Below are positions 29,568 to 38,686 of a DNA stretch of 64,000 bases, piece by piece. Positions within the stretch are counted from its first letter, which is position 1; every line of letters starts with the position of its first letter. The position numbers and the translations under genes are program-made. Source of the DNA: Patescibacteria group bacterium (GTDB lineage Bacteria > Patescibacteriota > Microgenomatia > UBA1400 > MFAQ01); the NCBI GenBank assembly GCA_943355005.1, contig CALRDV010000001.1:92632-156631 (forward strand). The letters run 5' to 3'. The notes beneath the pieces were generated by a model that was given only the letters and a program-made list of their open reading frames with translations, made no database searches and had not been told where the DNA came from.

Positions 29568-30227
29568 ATCTTTAAATACTTCAGCTGTGTCTGAAGAGAT
29601 AAACTTATCGGACAAACACAATTTAACATTACATAATTTTACCTCCCCCCTATGTTCTGGAATATTCAATAAAATTTCTCTTTCTTTTAAGACCAATCTC
29701 TCCGTAAATCTACCCAAAAAGCTGTAAGGGAAATTCCAATACTCTTCTTTGATGACTGGTACAAATCCATTCTTGACCCAAATGTCCGTTAAATTTTTTC
29801 TTAAGTTATAGATTTCAACTTCTTGGTCACAGACTCCAATGATTCCCGACTGAGCAAATAACGGATAAATGAATTTGCATGTCAGTCTTCTGTGGGTCAA
29901 AAAAAATGATTCTAAGTCAACAGTCAAACTCGCAAGCCTAGTCTCATCTACAAACTCATTTTCCAACAAAGAAGACTGAAGTGTAATGTGTAATGACTCC
30001 GAAGATTGCCAATATATTTTATTAATCAAAGATTTAGTAATTGCCAATTTTACTTCTCTGAAGATATCTCTAGCAATTCTATTGTCAATAAAAATTTGTA
30101 ACCCAAGAAATCGCTGTTTCCTACCTTTTTCAATATTTAAAACATCCACCCCATCAAGCATCGCTCTATGCTGGTAGTCGACCACTCTTTCCCTCCATTT
30201 ATTTTCCACGGTAACCAATTCTACCAA
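29553..30227 (-). CDS. Hypothetical protein, possibly 2H phosphoesterase-like
   Basis: One SLHITL motif; stop codon lies inside repeat copy 3. Confidence 0.5.
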   Translation of the reverse strand: MVELVTVENKWRERVVDYQHRAMLDGVDVLNIEKGRKQRFLGLQIFIDNRIARDIFREVKLAITKSLINKIYWQSSESLHITLQSSLLENEFVDETRLASLTVDLESFFLTHRRLTCKFIYPLFAQSGIIGVCDQEVEIYNLRKNLTDIWVKNGFVPVIKEEYWNFPYSFLGRFTERLVLKEREILLNIPEHRGEVKLCNVKLCLSDKFISSDTAEVFKDFVLK

Positions 30228-30293
30228 AATTAGATTCCTGTCTTCTACCCACTTAATTATGTTAAAATAATCTTATAATAAAAAAGGAGGCAC

Positions 30294-30530
30294 ATGCCTA
30301 CAATACTCATTGAAATCGTCGGTTGGGCAGGAATGATCGCTATTCTGGCAGCTTACTGGCTAGTGGCAGCCGGGAAAGTCAAGTCGGACTCGAAGTTTTA
30401 TCAGCTTCTTAATCTTCTTGGTGCTTTGTTTGTCATCATAAATGTAGGTTATCATGGTGCAATTCCTTCTGTAGCACTAAACGTAGTCTGGCTTCTAATT
30501 GCTCTTTGGAGTCTCATCAGGAAACAGTAA
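30294..30530 (+). CDS. Small membrane protein (CBU_0592-like)
   Basis: GWAGMIAILAAY...YQLLNLLGA...LNVVW; AAGGAGG RBS. Confidence 0.75.
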   Translation: MPTILIEIVGWAGMIAILAAYWLVAAGKVKSDSKFYQLLNLLGALFVIINVGYHGAIPSVALNVVWLLIALWSLIRKQ

Positions 30531-30883
30531 ACTTTAATCCCCAAGATTTATGGGGATTATTTTTAGCATTTATCTTTCTATATAATATATTTATGACCGA
30601 AAATATCCCTCCTGCTCCAACAGAGAAGAATATGGATGAGCTAGACTTGGATCGAGCCTCAAATGAAGGCATGACAGAAACGGAGTGGATAGACGCGGAT
30701 CTGCTTGCCATTTTAATCGAAGACCTTCGAAACGGCCTTACTCCGGGCTAACAGCTACTTACTGTTACTAACAGTTACAGACCCTGACTCCATGGCATCT
30801 TCGGCCATTTGCACCTCTATTACTTCCAGCCCAGGGAGCAATTTTAGGCACGGTCCACATCTACATCGTGATACCATTAGACT

Positions 30884-31228
30884 ATGATAATAATACTTAC
30901 TTCTCCTCAAAAAGAAGACTGGGTCCCAGTGCTGGATTCTCTTCTTCGACGTGTCCATTCTGCAAAGATAGACGGAAACACAATATACTTCGGAAATAAA
31001 AAAGTTGGTACTTACCATTTATCGGATCAAGAATTCCAAGTTGAAGGAGATTGGGAAAGAGGTGTAAAGTGTGCTGCTTCGGTAATTGCCGGAACAACTT
31101 TGGTTGGGTTTAGCGGATCAATCACCGTGGACGGCCGGCTCGTAGAACTTCAAGATTTGCAAACAGCTGTGGGAGACTTAATAGCCGAAGAAAACTTTAA
31201 TTTAGCAAATATAAGCTCCAAAAACTAA
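30884..31228 (+). CDS. Hypothetical protein
   Basis: 114-aa ORF immediately upstream of the 31230 ORF. Confidence 0.45.
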   Translation: MIIILTSPQKEDWVPVLDSLLRRVHSAKIDGNTIYFGNKKVGTYHLSDQEFQVEGDWERGVKCAASVIAGTTLVGFSGSITVDGRLVELQDLQTAVGDLIAEENFNLANISSKN

Positions 31229-31229
31229 T

Positions 31230-32279
31230 ATGGGAGAAGCCGACATGGAAAAATATGCAGTTGCAGAAACAGACAGGCCTCAGGGGAAAAAGGCAGATAA
31301 TCTCGCAGCCATGTCCGCCGAAAGTATGATGCGTAAGAGAGCAAGAGATGAAGCGACCCAGGGGAAAGCAGCCGCTATTCCAGCTGCAGAAAAAGCTACA
31401 CCATTTCAATCGGAAGCGGTGAGTCTAATGTTCCCAGAACGGACCCCTGACGAGTGGGGCAAGCTCCTTAACAAACATGTCAACCAGAATGTTTCGGCTG
31501 CTAATGGGGTTCTAATCCCAGAAGAGAGTCCGGCAGCAATAGCAATGGTACTAAAAGAGATGCCGAATAATATGAGAGCCGTGGCCACAGCTCAAACTCT
31601 TGATTACCTTGAGAAGTACGCTCCTTCTGTTGCCGTTGAAGTGAAAACTTCTCTTTCTAAAGCAGGGGAGCAATCAATATCTTTATCAGCATCGAAAAAT
31701 GAAGTTGAAACTCCGGGTCCCAATAGTCCGGAAAAAACCATTATAAAACATGAAGAATCATTATTCCCCGGTGTTAACTGGCAATTTATGACTTCTTCCG
31801 AATGGAAAGAAGTTTCTGATGAAGAAGATATTTTTAGAGTGTACATCGATGTCCCACCTGTTGAACATCTCTCTGCAGCACGCTTAACAAAAGCAGTTGC
31901 TGAAAAGTTTGATAAACCCATTGATTGGAAATTTATTCAAAGTGGAGACAATGCAGAAACATACCTTGCTCAGAAAAACGAAAGCAAAATTGTAGTTCGA
32001 TGTGCCACGGAAGAGGACGCAAAGCGATTTGCTGAAACATTTGCCAATGCACCTGAAGCAAAAAAATTACACAGTTTTGGGTCAGATTTTGCAAGCAACT
32101 CTGTGGGAGAAAATGGTGTTGTGTCTTACGGTAGGGGTTCAAAGGAAAAGAGATCGTCATACCGAGAAATTGCACGGTCTTCTTATGATGACTACATTTC
32201 TAGAAATCCAAGAAGGGCTGGGGTTTCAAGGGAAAATTTTAATCGGTGGGTGCAGGAAGCCAAAAAATACGGGTTTTAA
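31230..32279 (+). CDS. Hypothetical protein
   Basis: 349-aa ORF, no recognised family. Confidence 0.65.
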   Translation: MGEADMEKYAVAETDRPQGKKADNLAAMSAESMMRKRARDEATQGKAAAIPAAEKATPFQSEAVSLMFPERTPDEWGKLLNKHVNQNVSAANGVLIPEESPAAIAMVLKEMPNNMRAVATAQTLDYLEKYAPSVAVEVKTSLSKAGEQSISLSASKNEVETPGPNSPEKTIIKHEESLFPGVNWQFMTSSEWKEVSDEEDIFRVYIDVPPVEHLSAARLTKAVAEKFDKPIDWKFIQSGDNAETYLAQKNESKIVVRCATEEDAKRFAETFANAPEAKKLHSFGSDFASNSVGENGVVSYGRGSKEKRSSYREIARSSYDDYISRNPRRAGVSRENFNRWVQEAKKYGF

Positions 32280-32280
32280 G

Positions 32281-33816
32281 TTAATTCACCTGACTAATAT
32301 CCACAATCCTTTTCAGCAAGTACTCTCGGTTATTTTTGCTGGTATCCTCCAGAACTTCATCAAACAACTCTTTGAGAACTTTGCCGATTATTGGTCCTGG
32401 TTTAACATTCAAGACCTCCATCACATCAAGTCCGTTTACCACAATATCATTAATTTCCATTGGTTCAAAGAGTTGTTCGCCAATTCTTTTTTGCAACTCC
32501 ATAAATCTCCAGCTTGTAGTCTTAGCCCCACTGCCCTTACGGTCGGCTATTCTTAGTAGTACAAGATCACTGATATTTTCTTTCCCCACTTTTCTAATCA
32601 GTCTTCGGATGGCTGCATCAGTCATCTCCGGCTGATATGCAAACATATGCCAGCGGACCAAAGTTACAATTTTATCAATTTCCTTTCTACTAAATTTTAG
32701 TCTCTCGACGATTTCTTTTACCATTTTTGCCCCAATTACTTCATGTCCATAAAAAGTTACCATCCCTCTGGTAGGTTGCATGAAACCGCAGTTGGCACAC
32801 GTCGTCAAATCATCAGAAAGATCCCTGTACATTTTTCCGCACTTTCGGCATTTAAAGCGCTGACTTCTGGGTTTTCCAATATCGTGAACAAGTGTAGCAA
32901 GTCGTATTATTGGATCAGGGGATGGACACTCTTGAAGAGCTTCCAGCATGTGCTCCAGAGCTGTTAATTTGTGATGCCCTCCTTGGATAATCCCTTTACC
33001 CTCCATAATTTCGGGCATAAAATGATTAATTAAGCCGGTCGATATTAACATTCGCATGCCGTCAGCCGGATAATTTGACCCCAAGATTTTCATGAATTCT
33101 TCCCGAATTCTTTCCTTACTAATTTTCTCCAGCAGTTCTGCTCTTTCCGATATTGCCGCTAAGGTTTTTTCTTCTATAACAAATCCCATTTTTGCCGCAA
33201 ATCTTATGGCCCTCAACATTCTCAAAGCATCTTCATTAAATCGAATTCTTGGCTCTCCAACAGCCCTAATCAACCCTTTCTCAAAGTCTTCCAACCCACC
33301 CACCATATCAATCAACTCAAATTCCTGCTTAATACTGTCACTTTCACTCTTGTCATTCCGGGCTTGACCCGGAATCCATCCGGATAATTTATTTTTTTCA
33401 TTTTTTATTCCCACCACCATCGCATTTATCGTAAAGTCCCTTCTGGTTACATCTTCTTCCAGTGTTTGTCCCCAAGAAACATTGTCTGGTCTTCGATAGT
33501 CGGAGTATTCTTTTTCAGATCTAAAAGTCGTAATCTCATAAAGTTCTTCCTTTTCTCCAACCATTACATTATAAGAAACAGTTCCAAAGTCGTTATTGTA
33601 GAAAGGACTATGCATCTTAAGTACTTCCAAACTTTGCTCCGGAGTAGCATTAGTTGTCAAATCGCAATTTTCCGGAACTCTACCCATTATCAGATTTCTG
33701 ACTCCTCCTCCAACCAAATATATTTCAAATCCGGCTTCAAGATACTCTTTCATTACCCCTTTTAAAGGAGTCGGCAAAAGTGATTTTTCATCCGGTAAAA
33801 GTAGTCTGGTATACAC
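32281..33816 (-). CDS. cca: CCA tRNA nucleotidyltransferase with HD domain
   Basis: VGGGVRN, DLTTNATP, RRDFTINA, EDALRMLRAIRF, ERIREE, HDIGKP. Confidence 0.92.
   Translation of the reverse strand: MYTRLLLPDEKSLLPTPLKGVMKEYLEAGFEIYLVGGGVRNLIMGRVPENCDLTTNATPEQSLEVLKMHSPFYNNDFGTVSYNVMVGEKEELYEITTFRSEKEYSDYRRPDNVSWGQTLEEDVTRRDFTINAMVVGIKNEKNKLSGWIPGQARNDKSESDSIKQEFELIDMVGGLEDFEKGLIRAVGEPRIRFNEDALRMLRAIRFAAKMGFVIEEKTLAAISERAELLEKISKERIREEFMKILGSNYPADGMRMLISTGLINHFMPEIMEGKGIIQGGHHKLTALEHMLEALQECPSPDPIIRLATLVHDIGKPRSQRFKCRKCGKMYRDLSDDLTTCANCGFMQPTRGMVTFYGHEVIGAKMVKEIVERLKFSRKEIDKIVTLVRWHMFAYQPEMTDAAIRRLIRKVGKENISDLVLLRIADRKGSGAKTTSWRFMELQKRIGEQLFEPMEINDIVVNGLDVMEVLNVKPGPIIGKVLKELFDEVLEDTSKNNREYLLKRIVDISQVN
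33352..33378 (+). repeat. GTCAT palindrome in frame in cca (read antisense)
   Basis: GTCATTCCGGGCTTGACCCGGAATCCA encodes WIPGQARND on the minus strand. Confidence 0.92.
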
Positions 33817-33855
33817 GTCTAAATCTTACCACTCAATTCACGGTAGAATAAGCAT

Positions 33856-35343
33856 GTGGATTTAACTATTAAAGACATCTTGGAAGAAGCAAGAACTCAT
33901 CGCAATGATATAGACGAAAAGCGTCTATTGAAAGTTTTTGAGTATGCCTCACTCAATCACAATGGCCAATTGCGGAAAACTGGCGATCCTTACATCACCC
34001 ATTCCATCAACATTGCCCATACTTTAGCTAGTTGGAGGTTGGATCAGTTATGTATTGAAGCGGGTCTTCTTCATGATTTGCCGGAGATGAGTGGCACTAC
34101 TATTGAGGATCTAGAAAAAGAATTTGGGCTAGAAGTGGCTCATTTGGTTGATGGTGTTAACTTGGTTGGGCAAGTTAGGCTAAGGGGCAGCCAAGAAGTA
34201 GAGTTTCTCGAGAACTTAAGAAAGATGTTTGTTTTTATGGCCAAAGATCTTAGGGCTGTGCTGGTGAGATTAGCCGACAGACGTCACAACATCATGACTC
34301 TACACGGTTTACCTTTGGTTAAACAAAGGCCGATAGCTCTTGAAACTTTAGAAATCTATGTTCCTTTGGCAGAGAGGATTGGTATGGGAAAGTTGAAAAG
34401 TGAGCTAGAAGACTTGACCTTTCCTTATGTCTATCCTGAAGAATATAAATGGGTCATGGAGATTGCCAAGCCTCACTTTAAGCATTCAGTTGAAAATGCT
34501 CCCGATGTCATTAATAGGATAAGACTACAGTTAGCCAAACATAATATCGAAGCCAGTACCGATGGTAGGCCAAAACATAAATATAGCCTTTACCGTAAAC
34601 TGATGCGACCGGAAATAAATATGGATATTGGGAAAATTCATGATCTGGTAGCAATCAGAATAATTACTAAAGATAGTGCTTCATGTTATTCGGCGCTTGG
34701 GGTGATACACCAATACTGGAAGCCGGTTCCATTCTTGGGGATTTCAGATTTTATTTCCCAACCCAAACCAAACGGCTATCAGTCCATTCACACTAAGGTA
34801 TTCGACAGTCACGGCAATATTATAGAGATACAGATTCGGTCGGAAGAAATGCATTTGCAAGCAGAGTATGGTGCAGCGGCTCATTTTGCATATTCTCAAT
34901 CTAAGAACAAAGGTATTAGTGATGAAAAGCTGGAAGGTGGCACAGCTTTTAAGATAGGAAATAAATTTGATTGGGTCAAGCAGCTCGTCGGCTGGAAAGA
35001 TCAAATGTTTTCAGAGAAAGATAGTCTAAAAGATTTTAGGCTGGACGCACTCGCACATCATATATATGTATACTCACCATTGGGTGATGTTTACGATCTG
35101 CCGGAAGACGCTACTCCTGTTGATTACGCCTTTTCTGTGCACTCAGGCTTGGGTTTTCAAATTCAAACTGTAAAAATAAACGATAAAATCGCCACGATTG
35201 ATTCTAAATTAAGAAGCGGTGATGTCATTCAGATTATCAAAACGAAGAATCCGAAGAAACCCAACAGAAATTGGCTTAGATTCGTCAAAACTCATAAAGC
35301 CAAAATCGAAATACGGAAAGCTTTAGAGAAGAGTGGGGTATAA
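33856..35343 (+). CDS. rel: RelA/SpoT homolog (HD, synthetase and TGS domains; no ACT)
   Basis: RKTGDPYITH, LLHD, LADRRHN, PKPNGYQSIHT, EIQIR, TPVDYAF. Confidence 0.92.
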   Translation: MDLTIKDILEEARTHRNDIDEKRLLKVFEYASLNHNGQLRKTGDPYITHSINIAHTLASWRLDQLCIEAGLLHDLPEMSGTTIEDLEKEFGLEVAHLVDGVNLVGQVRLRGSQEVEFLENLRKMFVFMAKDLRAVLVRLADRRHNIMTLHGLPLVKQRPIALETLEIYVPLAERIGMGKLKSELEDLTFPYVYPEEYKWVMEIAKPHFKHSVENAPDVINRIRLQLAKHNIEASTDGRPKHKYSLYRKLMRPEINMDIGKIHDLVAIRIITKDSASCYSALGVIHQYWKPVPFLGISDFISQPKPNGYQSIHTKVFDSHGNIIEIQIRSEEMHLQAEYGAAAHFAYSQSKNKGISDEKLEGGTAFKIGNKFDWVKQLVGWKDQMFSEKDSLKDFRLDALAHHIYVYSPLGDVYDLPEDATPVDYAFSVHSGLGFQIQTVKINDKIATIDSKLRSGDVIQIIKTKNPKKPNRNWLRFVKTHKAKIEIRKALEKSGV

Positions 35344-35357
35344 AATGTATAAGCCCC

Positions 35358-36371
35358 ATGAAAACCACTAAGTCTCATCGCCCCAAAATTGATAGAGTTC
35401 TAAGTCCAAGCCGCAGGAGCTATTCTTTCGCAGCCAAATTCATCTTTATGACTCGTTTTTTTGCTTGGTGTTTGAAGCATTACAACTCCCATCGAGTCAT
35501 TTTAAATACTGCCTCTCTGGTTGGCATTTCACTCTTCTTTGTCCTTTCTCCAGTCATTGGCAAGTTACCTGGTCCGTCCATACCTTTGGTAAAAGCCGCT
35601 TATGTCTCAGAGCCATTGCTTCCCACATCACTTGGCGTTTCACCTCCAGAGTTAACTGCTCACGGTGTCTTTGTTATGGATCTTGATTCCGGCTTAATAC
35701 TTTACGACAAGAATCCTCACCTTCGCCTCAAGCCTGCCTCTCTGACCAAAATTATGACTTCCATGGTTGCTCTAGACTATTTTCAGGAGGACGATATCCT
35801 AAAAGTTAAAAACGGTCAAAATTCCATCGGAAACACAGCCAAACTTCTTAAGGGCGATCAATTAAATGCCTCAGACATGCTCTATGCCTTATTGGTACCT
35901 TCGGGCAATGATGCGGCAGTTACCTTAGCCGAAAATTATCCCGGTGGATATATTGCATTTCTAAAAAGGATGAATGAAAAAGTTACCGAGCTTGGACTCA
36001 AAGATACTCATTTTGTAAATGTTTCAGGCATTGAAAGCCCCAATCATTACACTTCAGCCTACGATATTGCCATGATTTCCAGAAGTGCTCTCACCAGGCT
36101 TTCCTTTTCCAATATCGTTTCAACCAAAAGTATTACTCTAAACAGTCTTAAGGGTCATAAATACCCTCTGGCCTCTACAAACATCTTGTTAGGCAGGCCA
36201 GATGTTCTTGGGGTCAAGACGGGCTGGACACCTGAAGCAGGTGAGTGTTTAGTCATTCTTGTTGAGCGGGACAATCACAAGGTCCTTATCAGCCTTCTAA
36301 ATAGCACTGATCGTTTTGGGGAAGGGAAGCGTTTAATCGACTGGACCTATAAAAACTTCACCTGGCAGTAA
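35358..36371 (+). CDS. dacA: D-alanyl-D-alanine carboxypeptidase (peptidase S11)
   Basis: SLTK, SGN and KTG motifs. Confidence 0.9.
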   Translation: MKTTKSHRPKIDRVLSPSRRSYSFAAKFIFMTRFFAWCLKHYNSHRVILNTASLVGISLFFVLSPVIGKLPGPSIPLVKAAYVSEPLLPTSLGVSPPELTAHGVFVMDLDSGLILYDKNPHLRLKPASLTKIMTSMVALDYFQEDDILKVKNGQNSIGNTAKLLKGDQLNASDMLYALLVPSGNDAAVTLAENYPGGYIAFLKRMNEKVTELGLKDTHFVNVSGIESPNHYTSAYDIAMISRSALTRLSFSNIVSTKSITLNSLKGHKYPLASTNILLGRPDVLGVKTGWTPEAGECLVILVERDNHKVLISLLNSTDRFGEGKRLIDWTYKNFTWQ

Positions 36372-36476
36372 GCATCTTGTGCGTAGTAATAATATAAGAT
36401 ATAATTGCCCCTTAAGCCGGCTCAGATAAGACTTTTTCCCGAAAGATTTTCTTTGCGTTCCACTTAATCATTTTCT

Positions 36477-37625
36477 ATGAACAAATTAATTACATTTGAT
36501 GTACTCGTTGTATATACCAAGTCCTTGGCCAAAAGTGCCTCTGATAACCGCCTTGGTAATACCTCTCCTTTTGTCGTAGGCTCCACTTCCGAATCTTATA
36601 GTCAAGTATATGGTTATTTCTTGGAAACATGCCGGGAGCACGGATTAAGAGCCGCCTTTACCACTTCCGCAGACATTATTGGAGCAGGTCTGTGTCGTAG
36701 TTACTGGATTTACAAAAATAAAAGGTGGCACAAGTACAACAGTCCCTGCTTTTCGAGTCTAATCTTCGATAAATTTTCTCCAACCAAGAAGAAAATAAGA
36801 ATGAGTAGAGATTTGCTTTTTTCTTCAAACAGAATCAAATCTTTTAATGATCCGGAGTTATTTGGCAAGTTTTTTGATAAGCAGCAAACTTACAATGAGT
36901 TGTCTGAGTTTGCGATTCCGACTGTCTCATTGGAAGAAAAGACTTTGGAAGGTGCCAAGACTGCCTGCCAAAAACTTGCTAAATTAGTTAAAAAATGTCC
37001 TTATTCCGAAGACTATGGTACAGACTTGGTCTTGAAGGACAGGTATGGCGCAGGAGGAAGACGAGTATATAAAGTAGGGGGGAAGAAATACTCTGAAATT
37101 TTAAGAAAAATTAAACACAATTCAAAGGCATCTTTTGTTGTTCAGCCCATGGTTAAGTTTGATCTGGGATTTACATACGAAAATTACTCAGTTCCGACCG
37201 ATATCCGCTTAATTTATCTTGGAGGGAAAGTGGTTCAGTCATACATTAGGAGAGCTTGTCCTGGAGATTTCCGCTGCAATGAGCACCTTGGTGGCTCACT
37301 AACATATCTACCCTTGAGCATATTGCCCTCAAAATTAATTGAAAAAGCAGATATTATCTCTCAAAAGCTAAACCAGTCAGGCTCTTTGTACGCCTTGGAT
37401 TTTATTATCAGTAATAACGGCAACATTTTCTTGTTGGAAGGTAATACTGGCCCGGGACTTGATTGGAACGTCACAGAGCAGGAGAACGAAAGAGAAGCTA
37501 AGCACCTCATTCAGCTAATCGTCAAAGAACTTTGTCTTGTCTCCGGCATTAGCAAATTCTCTTACAGCGGGTGGTCTTTTACTTCGTTATCCACTCTTCT
37601 CTCACCGCTGAGACGTAGGCAGTAA
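36477..37625 (+). CDS. ATP-grasp fold protein
   Basis: DKQQTY, LKDRYGAGG, VVQP, DIR, ALDF, LLEGN. Confidence 0.8.
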   Translation: MNKLITFDVLVVYTKSLAKSASDNRLGNTSPFVVGSTSESYSQVYGYFLETCREHGLRAAFTTSADIIGAGLCRSYWIYKNKRWHKYNSPCFSSLIFDKFSPTKKKIRMSRDLLFSSNRIKSFNDPELFGKFFDKQQTYNELSEFAIPTVSLEEKTLEGAKTACQKLAKLVKKCPYSEDYGTDLVLKDRYGAGGRRVYKVGGKKYSEILRKIKHNSKASFVVQPMVKFDLGFTYENYSVPTDIRLIYLGGKVVQSYIRRACPGDFRCNEHLGGSLTYLPLSILPSKLIEKADIISQKLNQSGSLYALDFIISNNGNIFLLEGNTGPGLDWNVTEQENEREAKHLIQLIVKELCLVSGISKFSYSGWSFTSLSTLLSPLRRRQ

Positions 37626-38661
37626 ATCCTTGGTCACCTAGGAAGACATAAATCGGCATTGCGTACTTCTGGTTTGTGTTTGAATCGTAGTAACCTAGAA
37701 ATATTCTTCTGATTTTTATCTCACCGGTTTTTGGACCGGTGCCTGTTACAAATCCATCACCTTTAGAAAGTTCATCCCAAGCTTCTTCTCCGGTTTTTAC
37801 GGGGTAAGTTCCGCTTTTGGTGTAATCAATGTCCGTGTATTCATAGTCCATGGAAATAATTTTTTCACTCTGAATTTTCGAGCCACTTATTACACTTCGG
37901 ATAAGGCCTTTGGTTGGATCGGTTCTGTAAAACGGATAGCTGGCTTTAATCTCCTTTGATTTGCTGGCAGGATCGATTTCATCGATATTTTTTCTAAATA
38001 AATCTAATTGAATAAAGTCTGCATCGTTCAGAGATAATGCCTTTACCAGTTTGCCGACGTCATTTCTGAGATAGGACACCTTTTCAACTCCCACAGCATC
38101 ATCATTCATAAGACCCACTCTCTTTAAGTAATTTTCAGTTTCGGCTATGACCTGTTTATCGGACTGGAAATTTGCCAAGGTCGCCAGAGTAGGATTGTTT
38201 TGCCACTGTCTGGTCAGTTTAAAGTGGCCGGTAATAATGTTCATTTCTAGTCTAGATCCCAGCTGGTCTTGATTAGTCCATACGTAATCAGTTTCGGTTG
38301 GCTGGTCAGGTTTAAAAAGAAATCCAAGAGCTGTAGCAGTATCAATCGCTCTACTGGCGTCTGCAAACCCACTTCTTCGTGTCGGAGCATAGTAAACTCT
38401 CATCCTATCCGGAAATGCAGGAATTCTCCCGGTCGGCAGTTCGAGTGACATTTTTGGTCTCTCTTTACTTTCTGGAAAATTGAGACTTGGTATCTTGTTA
38501 AAATCCACAGTCGCCGGTGGTGATGGGGGCGGGTTCAAAAATTTGTAGTAATCTAAGGCGGCGACACCAATATACCAAAATATCGTAATTCCTACGAATC
38601 CAAGTCCTCCCCATTTAATTGCGTTCCTCGCCACCACTGAAGCTTCGGTTAGTGTAGCCAT
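37579..38661 (-). CDS. Hypothetical single-TM protein
   Basis: Likely start MATLTEAS at 38661, which avoids overlap with gltX; C-terminal LGYY..PIYVF.G...AYVSA. Confidence 0.7.
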   Translation of the reverse strand: MATLTEASVVARNAIKWGGLGFVGITIFWYIGVAALDYYKFLNPPPSPPATVDFNKIPSLNFPESKERPKMSLELPTGRIPAFPDRMRVYYAPTRRSGFADASRAIDTATALGFLFKPDQPTETDYVWTNQDQLGSRLEMNIITGHFKLTRQWQNNPTLATLANFQSDKQVIAETENYLKRVGLMNDDAVGVEKVSYLRNDVGKLVKALSLNDADFIQLDLFRKNIDEIDPASKSKEIKASYPFYRTDPTKGLIRSVISGSKIQSEKIISMDYEYTDIDYTKSGTYPVKTGEEAWDELSKGDGFVTGTGPKTGEIKIRRIFLGYYDSNTNQKYAMPIYVFLGDQGFTAYVSAVREEWITK

Positions 38662-38686
38662 AGTCTTTATAAAGTATACTATCCAT

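Noticed and set aside
30506-31018. Short ORFs 30506-30751 and 30755-31018
   Set aside because: No recognisable motifs; a ~52-aa acidic peptide from 30593 is possible but unsupported.
37579-37625. 47-nt overlap of convergent gene 3' ends
   Set aside because: Short convergent overlaps are common in compact genomes; no further signal.
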